From contig CAVQFA010000003.1 of NCBI GenBank assembly GCA_963711735.1, forward strand, positions 284,367 to 348,366: a DNA stretch of 64,000 bases. Direction: 5' to 3'. The stretch's first letter is position 1. Each line of letters begins with the position of its first letter. The stretch comes from Candidatus Gottesmanbacteria bacterium. Its GTDB lineage: Bacteria; Patescibacteriota; Microgenomatia; UBA10105; UBA927. The translations under genes and the position numbers were made by a program. Below, piece after piece: positions 30,510 through 40,847 of this stretch. The notes below the pieces were generated by a model, which saw only the letters and a program-made list of their open reading frames with translations, was not told where the DNA came from and made no database searches.

Positions 30510-32015
30510 TTATACCTTTTCGGTAACCCGGTATTCCAGCCTTTTTCCCAACATCAATCGTGTGTGAGCATCAAGACCCGGAAGTGCGGAGAGGAAAAAA
30601 GATACGATCGGAATCGTCAGCCATTGTAAATAAAGGAAGGGGAGTCTCCATGCTGCAAATTCTTTCGGGCGGGGAGGTTTTGTCTTTATATCGATGATAA
30701 CTACAACAAGTATGAAAATGAACGACAATGTCATAATACCGCTTGAAAGTTGAGCGAGATTATGACCAAGTGCAGTTCTCGCAAAAACCGGATTGACAAG
30801 AGGCGGGATTATGCTTCCGACGGTCAGGATAAACCAGTTTGCAGGCCAAAAAATATGATGTTCAAGAAGTTGAACAAGTCTCCGTATGCGGTCAAAAATT
30901 GGGATTTCCGGATGAAGAATCATTCCCCGGATGACATACGGTATATCGGAAACACCCCATGCCCAGCGTTTGGATTGTTCATATTGGTTCACAACAGTCC
31001 GGAAAAATCCATGTGATTCCGCTGCGTCAACGAGTACGGGCAGAAATATACCTCGGGTTTGTACGTTTCCTCCTTTAGAAAAATATACTTTGAAAAACAA
31101 ATGATAATCTTCCGGTATGACATCCGGATCCCAGAATCCCGCAGAGGATACCGTGCTGAATGATAACGAGTACGTGGAAAAGTTGATAAATTTGCTGCCC
31201 TGTGTCAAAAGGGACAAATTCCAAATGCTTCCCATCGTATTAAGTACCCGGCTCGGGAGAGGAACACGCCAGATATTGGAATAAAAGAGAATTGCACCCT
31301 GGTAGAAGTGATACTGTCTGTCCGGGTCAGTCAGAAATTCATACGTAAGTGCGGATATATATTTAGGATGAAGGAGAGCATCGGCATCGCATGATGTAAT
31401 AGTAGTCCACTCGGGATTTATGCCCCACCCGGCAAGGTTGGAGGAGACTTCTTTCGCGGCGCATGCCATGTTGGATGATTTACCTGCTACTTCACCTGCA
31501 ACAAGTGTATGTTTTGTTACGAGAAAGTGACCGAACTTTTTCTGAAATTGTTTTGTGAGAAGCAAGGCTTTTGCGTCTGCATCGGGATCTTTAGCCTCCT
31601 GGGCAAGAACAATAATAATGCGGTTTTTGGGATACTCCTGATATGTCAGGTTTACAAGCGTTTTTTGTAGGATGTGCAAAGGTTCCCTGTATTCTGGAAT
31701 GACAATAATATGATATGTATCCTTAAAATGAGGAAGTGACTTCGCTTTTGACAGCCAATCAACTTTTGTATGCGCATTCATGGTTATAAACGATTTCACC
31801 GCATGGAACGCAAGTGTGAAGGACTTATAAAACCAGTAGATGTCAAAGGTAATAATAATGTAGGCAACAATAGCAGGATGCCAGAACGAAAGCCATAAAG
31901 GCATCGTGATGAGAAGCCATGATGTTGCAGGTATTGCTATTTCAAACAACCGCTTTGTGGCATTAGGGTAGAGAAGGATAAGTTTTTTCATGCTTTGGAT
32001 GTTATCAGATACCAA
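30510..32015 (-). CDS. membrane-bound GT2 glycosyltransferase, processive (cellulose-synthase-like) type
   Basis: DxD (TSCDADALL) and QxxRW-like motif QSKRWAWG, flanked by TM helices. Confidence 0.55.
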   Translation of the reverse strand: MVSDNIQSMKKLILLYPNATKRLFEIAIPATSWLLITMPLWLSFWHPAIVAYIIITFDIYWFYKSFTLAFHAVKSFITMNAHTKVDWLSKAKSLPHFKDTYHIIVIPEYREPLHILQKTLVNLTYQEYPKNRIIIVLAQEAKDPDADAKALLLTKQFQKKFGHFLVTKHTLVAGEVAGKSSNMACAAKEVSSNLAGWGINPEWTTITSCDADALLHPKYISALTYEFLTDPDRQYHFYQGAILFYSNIWRVPLPSRVLNTMGSIWNLSLLTQGSKFINFSTYSLSFSTVSSAGFWDPDVIPEDYHLFFKVYFSKGGNVQTRGIFLPVLVDAAESHGFFRTVVNQYEQSKRWAWGVSDIPYVIRGMILHPEIPIFDRIRRLVQLLEHHIFWPANWFILTVGSIIPPLVNPVFARTALGHNLAQLSSGIMTLSFIFILVVVIIDIKTKPPRPKEFAAWRLPFLYLQWLTIPIVSFFLSALPGLDAHTRLMLGKRLEYRVTEKV

Positions 32016-32076
32016 AAGTAAGTCATGTACTACGGGAGATTCTAAACAACGCTATTAATTATATCATTCAGACGCC

Positions 32077-32778
32077 TTATTCGCGAATATCAGGGAAGCC
32101 GACAACGTTCGCCTTCCTCCAGATGAAGTAGTTGAAAAATACTTTTGGGATGCGAAGGAGAAGCCCTATACCTTCATTACCGCGGCGACCAGATGCCCGG
32201 ACATATTCGGATTGTGTAAAAACAATTTTCCCTACAGTCATGAGTCTTCGTGCTATCTCTATGTCTTCCGCAATTTTGAAATGCTCCGGAAATCCTCCGA
32301 CTGCAATTGCTTTTTCTCTCCAAAACGCCATATTTTGACCCGTCGCCATAGGCATCCGGAATAAAAAAAACAACAAACTGTTAAAGAACGGTTGGAAGAT
32401 ATTTACATAGATTTTATACCACCATGGTCCGTCAGGAACGCGGAATCCGCCGAAATACCCGACAACGCCGGGTTTCGTCAAATAGCGCTCAATTCGTTCA
32501 AGCCAATCGGGTGGCGGGGTAGCGTCCGCGTCAGTAAACGCGATAATATCGCCTGCTGCTTTCTGAAGGCCTTTCTGTCTGCTGTACCCGATAGTCAGTT
32601 TCGGAGCGTTTAATACACTCGCTCCTTCTTTTTCTGCAATTTCTTTCGTTTTGTCTGTTGATGATGCGTTGACGACAATAATTTCGTCGGGCTTACGGGT
32701 TTGAATATTCAGAGCCTGAAGTGTGAGGAGAATGAGTTTTTCTTCGTTGTACGCGGGAATAACAACAGATATTTTCAT
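32077..32778 (-). CDS. GT2 glycosyltransferase (dolichyl/polyprenyl-phosphate sugar synthase-like)
   Basis: VVIPAYNEE and FTDADATPPPDW (DxD) are present. Confidence 0.8.
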   Translation of the reverse strand: MKISVVIPAYNEEKLILLTLQALNIQTRKPDEIIVVNASSTDKTKEIAEKEGASVLNAPKLTIGYSRQKGLQKAAGDIIAFTDADATPPPDWLERIERYLTKPGVVGYFGGFRVPDGPWWYKIYVNIFQPFFNSLLFFLFRMPMATGQNMAFWREKAIAVGGFPEHFKIAEDIEIARRLMTVGKIVFTQSEYVRASGRRGNEGIGLLLRIPKVFFNYFIWRKANVVGFPDIRE

Positions 32779-32792
32779 ATATATTCATCATA

Positions 32793-33593
32793 CTATGACC
32801 CGATTGTGAAATGGAAGAGGCGTTCAGCATTTTTTGTTGTCTGGTTCCGGATTTCCTCATTGGACAGATTCATATAGTGTGCAATTGTATCCGCGATGAT
32901 CGGCAGATATTGTGGTTCGTTCCTTTTTCCCCGGTGCGGAGAAGGCGTGAGAAGCGGAGAATCGGTTTCCAAAAGAAGGTGTGTAATCGGAACGGAGGAA
33001 ACGATCTCCCGGATATGTTTGGCATACGTGATATTTCCGTCTATACCGAAAAAAAGTTTCCTTTTTACGGCATCACGGATATCCGCCTTTCCTCCCGAAA
33101 AACAATGTATAACACCGCGCGGCAAGGATTCAAGGGTGTCCAAAACGGAAAACATGTCATCAAATGCTTCCCTGCAGTGAATGATGACGGGAAGATCATG
33201 CAAAAGAGCAAGGCGGAGATGTTCTTCAAAAAGTCTTTTCTGTCTGTCTTTTTTTCCGGTTGCACGTTCACCTTTGAATGGGTAATAATCCAAGCCGCAT
33301 TCCCCGATTGCCGTTATTGATGACCTGTTTTTTTTAAGAATTGATACGACCGAATCAAACGATGGGTTGTGATCGGTTTCATGAGGATGAATTCCTACAG
33401 CCGCATAAATGCCCGGTGTGTTTCGGGCAAGCGTAATTGCCGAACCGCTTGTTTTTTCATCAACTCCCGGAACAAGCATATATGTAACGCCCGACTTTTT
33501 TGCTTTTCGGATAACATCTTTACGGTCTGCATCAAATGCGGAGAAATTTAAATGGCAATGTGTATCAATTAGCATGGGTATATATGCGTACAA
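32793..33593 (-). CDS. tatD: TatD-family metal-dependent hydrolase
   Basis: LIDTHCHLNF and later His/Asp/Glu motifs. Confidence 0.85.
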   Translation of the reverse strand: MYAYIPMLIDTHCHLNFSAFDADRKDVIRKAKKSGVTYMLVPGVDEKTSGSAITLARNTPGIYAAVGIHPHETDHNPSFDSVVSILKKNRSSITAIGECGLDYYPFKGERATGKKDRQKRLFEEHLRLALLHDLPVIIHCREAFDDMFSVLDTLESLPRGVIHCFSGGKADIRDAVKRKLFFGIDGNITYAKHIREIVSSVPITHLLLETDSPLLTPSPHRGKRNEPQYLPIIADTIAHYMNLSNEEIRNQTTKNAERLFHFTIGS

Positions 33594-33594
33594 T

Positions 33595-35046
33595 TTACTT
33601 CAAGCGCGGAAAGAGCGGCTTTTGGCTAACGATTTTCTGTTTGGAATATTGAGCGAGAATTACGCTTCCTGCGGAGGGAAGGAACGGAAGTAAAAGCGTT
33701 GCGATTTCCTGTATGGATGGTATGAGAGCATTTATAGTCTGAGTTTTTTCTTTTCCCGTTTGCTTCCACGGTTCACGACTGTCAATGAATTTATCCTCCG
33801 TTTTTATAAGAGACCATACGTACGCAAGCGCTTCATCAAAGCGGAATGATTCAAAAGCCAAACGGTAGATATTATGTTTTTCGGTTGTTGTCAAATCAGG
33901 AAAAGAAAGAGGTTTCGGGATTACAACATTATCTGTCTGGCATGCAAGTTTCGCAACCCTGCTTATTAGGTTTCCGAGGCCGTTTGCGAGGTCTGCATTA
34001 TAGAGTTCCTTAAATCGGGATTCGGAAAAGTCGCCGTCTGCAAAAGGGGGAATTTCCCTCAGGAAATAGTACCGCAATGGGTCTGCGCCGTATTTTATGA
34101 TAAGGTTAACAGGATCGATGACATTTCCCAGAGTTTTGCTCATCTTCTGTCCGTTGACTGTGAAGTATCCGTGTATAAAGATAGACTTCGGTAACTTAAG
34201 ATTCGCGGACAGGAGAAATGCAATCCAGTAAACTGCATGAAAACGTGATATTCCTTTGCCGATGACATGGACATCAGCCGGCCACCATTTTTCATACAAT
34301 TTTTGATCCCATCCGAATCCTATACCGGATTGATAGATATTGAGCGCGTCAAACCAAACATATATTTTTTGTGTCGGATCATCCGGCACGGGCACTCCCC
34401 AATTTCTCGCGCGCTCATTAGACCGGGATATTGAAATATCCTGAAGCGATTGTTTGAGGAATGATAAAACCTCGTTTTTACGGAATGTCGGCACAATACG
34501 TACGGTATCCGAAGTTATAAGATTGATAAGAGTTTTCTGGTATTTCGATAAACGGAAGAAATAATTCGTTTCTGAAACAACATCAAGCTTTTTGCCGGGA
34601 TGCTCGTAACATTCTCCGTTTTCATTCAGTTCCGTTTTACTGTAAAATGTTTCGCACCCGACACAATACAGACCTTCATATTCTTTCTTATAAATATCTC
34701 CCCGCGCTTCGCATAATCTCCAGAGTTTTTGGCTTGATTTGAAGTGTTTGTTCTCATCACTTCCGCGCTGAAAAAAGTCAAATTGTACATTGAGCTTGAC
34801 TGCCAGTTTTTCAAACAGCGCCGTATTTTCATTGATAAATTCACGGATATCTTTACCTGCCTGTTGGGCAGCCTGTACGTTTTTCAGCGCATTTTCATCG
34901 CCTCCCGAAAGGAGCGCGCAATTATCTCCGACTAAACGATGATACCGAGCAATAGCATCCGCCTGTACAAATTCGAGCGCGTGCCCTATATGTGGTTTAG
35001 CGTTAACGTACGGAATGGCTGTGGTTATATAAAATTTTCGTGTCAT
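33595..35046 (-). CDS. metG: methionyl-tRNA synthetase (short form)
   Basis: HIGH (PHIGHA), KMSKT, and the CVGC...CYEHPG zinc knuckle. The ATG at 35046 is preferred over the upstream TTG that the ORF track used. Confidence 0.9.
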   Translation of the reverse strand: MTRKFYITTAIPYVNAKPHIGHALEFVQADAIARYHRLVGDNCALLSGGDENALKNVQAAQQAGKDIREFINENTALFEKLAVKLNVQFDFFQRGSDENKHFKSSQKLWRLCEARGDIYKKEYEGLYCVGCETFYSKTELNENGECYEHPGKKLDVVSETNYFFRLSKYQKTLINLITSDTVRIVPTFRKNEVLSFLKQSLQDISISRSNERARNWGVPVPDDPTQKIYVWFDALNIYQSGIGFGWDQKLYEKWWPADVHVIGKGISRFHAVYWIAFLLSANLKLPKSIFIHGYFTVNGQKMSKTLGNVIDPVNLIIKYGADPLRYYFLREIPPFADGDFSESRFKELYNADLANGLGNLISRVAKLACQTDNVVIPKPLSFPDLTTTEKHNIYRLAFESFRFDEALAYVWSLIKTEDKFIDSREPWKQTGKEKTQTINALIPSIQEIATLLLPFLPSAGSVILAQYSKQKIVSQKPLFPRLK

Positions 35047-35078
35047 GCGGATAATTGTACCGTAAGCGTGTAGCAAGC

Positions 35079-35405
35079 TCAATCTATAGAGCGTTTGGAT
35101 AAATATGCATCAGATGTTACAACGAGGATGAGTAGTAAAATACTGTAGAGTGCTTCCCGCAGATAGAGAAACCGTAAGACAAGATAAATGATTCCTCCGC
35201 ATGTCATAAGAACCGCCCTTAGTACGTTGTTTGTGAGGTACATGACGGAGGAAAAGATGGCACATCCGATGAGAGTAATACAAATACCAATGTATAAATA
35301 TAGTTGCGGCGGATACGTATTGACAAACCAGCTGATAATACAAGCGAAAATAATTGCAGTAAACAACCATATTATATTATGTCGGGAAGTATTGAATCTC
35401 GTCAT
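35079..35405 (-). CDS. small membrane protein, hypothetical
   Basis: 3 TM. An internal Met start is chosen to avoid overlap with rmuC. Confidence 0.3.
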   Translation of the reverse strand: MTRFNTSRHNIIWLFTAIIFACIISWFVNTYPPQLYLYIGICITLIGCAIFSSVMYLTNNVLRAVLMTCGGIIYLVLRFLYLREALYSILLLILVVTSDAYLSKRSID

Positions 35406-35442
35406 ACGTTTTTCATTGTAGTCGTACGAAGCGGATGCTACA

Positions 35443-36483
35443 ATGATGCCTATTATGACTGTGGAATCTGTAAGTCTTCTTTTGGCAATTGCTCTGGGGT
35501 TTGGCATACTCTATTTCTTCATCAGAAATGAACTGAATAAGGTTACAAAAGAGCCGGAAAATAAAGCTCTTTTGGAATGGTTGAGAAGTATGCAGACGTC
35601 GATAGATAAAACCAATAAAGACCTCAATGAGGCAATGCGGGGAACGACAAGCGATGTCGCGCGTGCCATACAGTCAAATACGAAACAACTCAACGACAGG
35701 CTTGATAAGGCGGCAGAAGTAATCGGAGGGCTTCAGAAAAATCTGGGAGAGATGAGTGAGGTTGGCAGGGGAATTAAATCTCTGCAGGAATTTCTCCAAT
35801 CGCCGAAACTTCGGGGAAATATCGGTGAGCAGGTGCTTTCGGATATGATCGGTCAGACCTTTCCCAAAAATTCTTTTTATCTACAATACGCTTTTCATAG
35901 CGGAGCAAAGGTTGATGCGGTTCTCAAAACTGATGCCGGACTACTCTGTATTGATTCGAAATTTCCGATGGAGAACTTTACTGCCATGCACAAAGGGGAG
36001 ACGGAAAGTTTGAGAAATGCAGCAAAAAAAGACCTGATGAACGATGTAAAAAAACATATAGGAGATATAAGCAAAAAATATATCTTACCCGAGGAGGGAA
36101 CGATGGATTTCGCCCTCATGTATGTACCGTCTGAAGCAGTCTATTACGAAGTGGTGAACAATACCGATCTTATGGATTTTGCCCGGAAATCGAGAGTTTA
36201 TCCTGTATCTCCCAACACGCTCTATGCGCACCTTCAGGTATTATTATTATCTTTTCAGGGTAAAGAGCTCGAAAACCGTTCGCGGGAAGTGTTCCGGCTT
36301 CTTCGGGCTATCCAAAAAGATTACGGGAAGACGGAAGAGTCATTATCGGTTCTCGGCAAACATATCAATAACGCATATAACTCTATGAGTACCGTGACCG
36401 GCGCATTTACCCTTCTTGGGCAGAAATTATCAAGAACCCAGACGTTAAAAGATACCGGGGATAGTAAGGAAATCGAGAGTTAA
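35443..36483 (+). CDS. rmuC: DNA recombination protein RmuC
   Basis: N-terminal TM, coiled coil, and C-terminal nuclease-like domain with [18 protein letters not shown] (the RmuC D...D/E-x-K core). Confidence 0.7.
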   Translation: MMPIMTVESVSLLLAIALGFGILYFFIRNELNKVTKEPENKALLEWLRSMQTSIDKTNKDLNEAMRGTTSDVARAIQSNTKQLNDRLDKAAEVIGGLQKNLGEMSEVGRGIKSLQEFLQSPKLRGNIGEQVLSDMIGQTFPKNSFYLQYAFHSGAKVDAVLKTDAGLLCIDSKFPMENFTAMHKGETESLRNAAKKDLMNDVKKHIGDISKKYILPEEGTMDFALMYVPSEAVYYEVVNNTDLMDFARKSRVYPVSPNTLYAHLQVLLLSFQGKELENRSREVFRLLRAIQKDYGKTEESLSVLGKHINNAYNSMSTVTGAFTLLGQKLSRTQTLKDTGDSKEIES

Positions 36484-36485
36484 AT

Positions 36486-38310
36486 ATGACATCTTCAATT
36501 GTCCGAAAAAAATATATAGATTTTTTTAAAGCCAGAGGGCATGCGGAGATTCCGTCAGCTCCTTTAGTGCCTGAAAATGACCCATCAACACTTTTTAACT
36601 CAAGCGGCATGCAACCTTTAATTCCATATCTTCTCGGAGAACCGCATCCGTCAGGGAAAAGACTTGTCAATTCGCAGAAATCATTCAGGGCGCAGGATAT
36701 CGATGAAGTCGGTGATAACAGGCACACGACGTTTTTTGAAATGCTCGGAAATTGGTCTTTGGGGGATTACTTTAAAAAAGAACAACTTACCGTGGTTATT
36801 TGAATTCTTAACAAAAGAACTTAGTCTTGATCCTAAACGGTTATACGTAACCGTATTTGAAGGGAATGATTCCGTGCCGAAAGATGATTCCTCAATTTCC
36901 ATATGGAAAGATATTTATTCAAATGTAAACATTGATGCTGAAGTTGGAGAACGTATATTCCTTTATCCGGCGAAAAACAACTGGTGGAGCAGGTCCGGGG
37001 AACCGGAAAAAATGCCCGCCGGTGAACCTGGCGGACCGGACAGTGAAGTGTTTTACGATTTCGGAGCGGAGTTAAAAATTCACGAAAAATCTAAGTATAA
37101 AAATGAGAGATGCCATCCTAACTGTGAATGCGGTCGGTTTATGGAAATTGCTAACTCGGTATTTATGCAGTATCAGAAACAATCCGACGGTAGTCTCAAA
37201 GAACTCTCACAGAAAAACGTTGATTTTGGCGGGGGCCTGGAGCGTCTGACAGCAGCAACCGATAATACTCCTGATGTATTTCAAACTGATTTGTATACGT
37301 CGTTGACAGGCATACTCGAGAATGTTTCGAAGCAGAAATTCGGAGAAAAACAGGAAGAAACGAAGGCGATGAGGATTATTGCTGACCACATAAAAGGATC
37401 AGTCATGATGATGAGTGACGGAGTTACACCATCCAATAAACAGCAGGGATATATATTGCGGAGGCTCATACGACGCGCTCTTCTATATGGGAGAAACATA
37501 GGACTTACATCGGATTGGAAATATATAGGGGATTTGGTTGAACCGGTTGCGGTTATTTATAAAGACGCGTACCCCGGCGTATCGGCGAAAGTATCCGCGA
37601 TCAAACACACTATAGAAGAGGAAGCGCTCCGTTTCGGGAAAACGCTCGAGAAAGGGTTGAAAGAAATCGATAAGATCGATACATTGGACGGATCCAATGC
37701 GTTTAAGCTGTACGAAACGTACGGTTTCCCGTGGGAAATGACAGAAGAGTTGGCACGGAAGAGAGGTCAATTGCCGGACAGGAAGCAGTTTGAATCGGAG
37801 TTTCGTAAACACCGGGAGCTTTCAAGGACCGCGGCAGCCGGAATGTTTAAAGGCGGACTGCAGGATCATAGCTTTGATGTGACAAAACTACATACCGCAA
37901 CACATCTTCTCCATCAGGCGCTTCGTATGACGCTTGGGGATCATGTTTCACAGAAAGGTAGCAATATTACGGCAGAAAGACTCCGGTTTGATTTTTCCCA
38001 TTCGTTGAAAATGACGGATGAACAAATCCGAAAGGTAGAAGATATTGTTAACGACCAGATCAAGAAAGATTTACAGGTAACATATACAACAACAACGTAT
38101 AAGGAAGCCATAAAGGATGGAGCATTGGCTTTTTTCGGAGAGCGGTATCCGGAAAAAGTAAAGGTATATTCAGTAGGTACATTCTCCAAAGAAATATGCG
38201 GAGGACCGCATGTAGAGCGTACCGGGAAAATCGGTCAATTTAATATTATAAAAGAAGAGTCTGCTGGTGCCGGAATCCGAAGAATCTACGCATCTGTACA
38301 CACGAAATGA
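36486..38310 (+). CDS. alaS: alanyl-tRNA synthetase (catalytic + editing domains, no C-Ala domain), interrupted by apparent +1 frameshift at ~36783-36790
   Basis: Frame 0 (36486-36803) encodes the AlaRS N-terminus ...[17 protein letters not shown]. Frame +1 (from ~36787) continues [12 protein letters not shown]...; the editing-site HxxxH/CGGPHV motif is near the end. The two frames join if one nucleotide of the AACAAC repeat is removed. Confidence 0.75.
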
Positions 38311-38385
38311 TTTGCTTCCTTATTTATAAACTTGCTTATCAGGCTCGTACCTTGTTAGTATAAAGTACGGGGTGTTTTTTCACGT

Positions 38386-40842
38386 ATGAAGCTGCCATCG
38401 ATTGTTACAGAATTATTTCAGAAAAAGAAGAAAGAACAGAAATTGTACCTCAGTCTTGTTCTTGAATCCGATCATGTGGTCGGGGCTGTTTTCCAAATTC
38501 TTGATGACGGAACACCTGAGATAGAGCACGCTGTCGCAAAGCGCATAGCATCCGATTCATGGGAGGACAGAATAATCGGTGCTGATGCTGTCATCTCTGC
38601 TTTGGAGAAGAAATTAGAAACGACTGATTTTCATGAGGTCATTTTTGGGCTCCCTGCATCATATTTGTCACCAAACGGCTCAATAACCACGTCTGTGAGG
38701 CCTCACCTGAAAGATGTAGCGACAAAACTCACACTCAATCCAATTGGTTTTGTCCCTATACATCAGGCACTATTGTATAAATTGAAAACAGAAGAAGGCA
38801 TACCTCCTTCAATAATTTTATTGGAAGTAACCACGAGGACTGTTACGCTCTCATTATTTAAAGTCGGAATGCTTACAGGCCAATCGATCATACCCAATAA
38901 CAATTCGGTAGTTCAGGAAATAGAAAATGCTCTTCGAAGTTTTCCGAACGCCGAAGTACTCCCGTCCAGGATTTTATTATCCGGCATAGATGACGGAAAA
39001 TTAGAGAATTTGAAGAAACGCATCACGGAACATCCGTGGACGATACGCGCAAATTTTCTGCATTTTCCCCGTATAGAAACACTACCCCTTGATGTTTCTG
39101 TAGAGAGTGTCTCTTTAGCAGGCGCGAGTGAAATCGGCGGTACTGAAGGTTTTCACTCCGACAATCCGGAACAGGAAATATCGGATGGTACGGGTGATTC
39201 TCCGGAATCCCAACACCCATCTGTCGATACGTACTCTCCTGAAAATTTTACAGACGATGGAAGTGTTGAAGGGAGACCGGATGATCTGAAAGAATACTCT
39301 ACAGGTATAAAACAACCCTCCGAACCACAAGAGAACGATGAGGTAATAGGCGAAACTTCAAAAGAAATAAAGCCAAAAGATACAAGTAATATTGGTAAAT
39401 ATGCTGATGATACAACCCTAACCAATCAGGAAGACATAACAGAGAAGTCGAACGTCACATTCGTGAACCCTGAGGATATCGGTTTCACCAAAGACACGGA
39501 CGTTTTATCAGAAAAATCTGAACTCACACGTGCACAAGCTCTGAAAACTCGTAAACCTGAAAGTACCGATATGTCAGTCGAAGTCAAAGGTAAGCACAGC
39601 ACGCCACCTGTATATTCTCTGGTACTCGTGAAAGGAAAAGAAATTTTCTTGAAAACAAGAAGCATTATTGCAGGGATAGTTCACAAAATACCAATCAGCA
39701 GGAAATTGTTGTTGATCGGAGGTATTGTTGTAACGGTTGCAATCATTCTTTTCGGACTTTTCTATTGGATTATGCGTGAATTTCCAAAGGCAGAGGTTAC
39801 GCTTACGGTTGTCCCGGAAATACTTCAGGCTAAAGAGACTTTAGAATTCAGTACAGGCATAACGACACCTGACAAAGAAAAAAAGATATTTCCTGCTGAG
39901 AAAATTGAGACACAAATTTCTCTGGATAAAAATATCTCAGTTACAGGAAAGAAAAAAGTCGGTGATCCTGCAACCGGCAGCGTGGTTATATATAACAAAG
40001 CAACTTCATCGAGAAAATTATCAAAAGGCACCATCCTGACGAGTGACAAATTATTATTTACATTAGATGCCGATATACAGGTTGCATCTGCATCGGAAAG
40101 TATCGGATCCATAACATTTGGTAAAACAAACGCCCAGGTTACTGCCTCTGCAATCGGAACATCCAGTAACCTGCCTGCAAATACGGAATTTGTTTTTAAG
40201 GATATTTCTTCAAGTATACTTATTGCCCGCAACGATAGCGCATTTACCGGTGGAACAAGCAGGGATGTTACCGTTGTGACAAGAGCTGACTATGATTCCT
40301 TAGTGAAACTTGCTCTTGAAGATGTTAGAAAAAATGCGCAACAGGAGTTATCAGGGAGTATGAGCGGAACGATGAAGTTAATCAGTAATACGGTAGCGAC
40401 GACCGTTAAAGATAAGTCTTTTTCTAACGAATTGGACGAAGAGGCAAAACAGCTATCTGGAACGGTGAATATAGGTATTACCGGTTTAGCATACAACGAA
40501 GATGCATTAAAACGTTTTATTGAAACATTGGAAATGCAGAATGTCCCGTCCGGATACCGGATAATGACTGATAAATCCACCGCGACCATAGACTCTGTCA
40601 AAATCGGGAAAGACGGCACCGTCACAGCAAGTATTTCGTACAAAGGGACCGCAATCCCTTCGTTTACGGAAACGGATTTGTCAAAATTGATAGCCGGAAA
40701 GAGAATATCCGATGCACGGACAGATCTCACAAAGATACGCGGAATAAAAGACGTTTCATTTAAAGTAACACAAACTTTACGGCCGGATTATCTCCCTTTG
40801 AAAAGCGATCGTGTTGTGATAACGGTTCTTTTAAATGAATAA
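38386..40842 (+). CDS. 818-aa bitopic protein with N-terminal actin-like (FtsA/PilM-like, degenerate) domain, acidic linker, TM, large extracellular domain
   Basis: YLSLVLESDHVVGAVF and ILLEVTTRTVTLSLFKVG resemble actin-fold phosphate-1/2 strands. TM segment is LLLIGGIVVTVAIILFGLFYWIM. Confidence 0.4.
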   Translation: MKLPSIVTELFQKKKKEQKLYLSLVLESDHVVGAVFQILDDGTPEIEHAVAKRIASDSWEDRIIGADAVISALEKKLETTDFHEVIFGLPASYLSPNGSITTSVRPHLKDVATKLTLNPIGFVPIHQALLYKLKTEEGIPPSIILLEVTTRTVTLSLFKVGMLTGQSIIPNNNSVVQEIENALRSFPNAEVLPSRILLSGIDDGKLENLKKRITEHPWTIRANFLHFPRIETLPLDVSVESVSLAGASEIGGTEGFHSDNPEQEISDGTGDSPESQHPSVDTYSPENFTDDGSVEGRPDDLKEYSTGIKQPSEPQENDEVIGETSKEIKPKDTSNIGKYADDTTLTNQEDITEKSNVTFVNPEDIGFTKDTDVLSEKSELTRAQALKTRKPESTDMSVEVKGKHSTPPVYSLVLVKGKEIFLKTRSIIAGIVHKIPISRKLLLIGGIVVTVAIILFGLFYWIMREFPKAEVTLTVVPEILQAKETLEFSTGITTPDKEKKIFPAEKIETQISLDKNISVTGKKKVGDPATGSVVIYNKATSSRKLSKGTILTSDKLLFTLDADIQVASASESIGSITFGKTNAQVTASAIGTSSNLPANTEFVFKDISSSILIARNDSAFTGGTSRDVTVVTRADYDSLVKLALEDVRKNAQQELSGSMSGTMKLISNTVATTVKDKSFSNELDEEAKQLSGTVNIGITGLAYNEDALKRFIETLEMQNVPSGYRIMTDKSTATIDSVKIGKDGTVTASISYKGTAIPSFTETDLSKLIAGKRISDARTDLTKIRGIKDVSFKVTQTLRPDYLPLKSDRVVITVLLNE

Positions 40843-40847
40843 CAAAT

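Noticed and set aside
36775-36805. Programmed +1 ribosomal frameshift in alaS
   Set aside because: I see no slippery heptamer with a rare codon plus stimulatory structure. A single-base indel in an AACAAC repeat is more consistent with an assembly error or a recent mutation. It is kept as a finding, but not called programmed.
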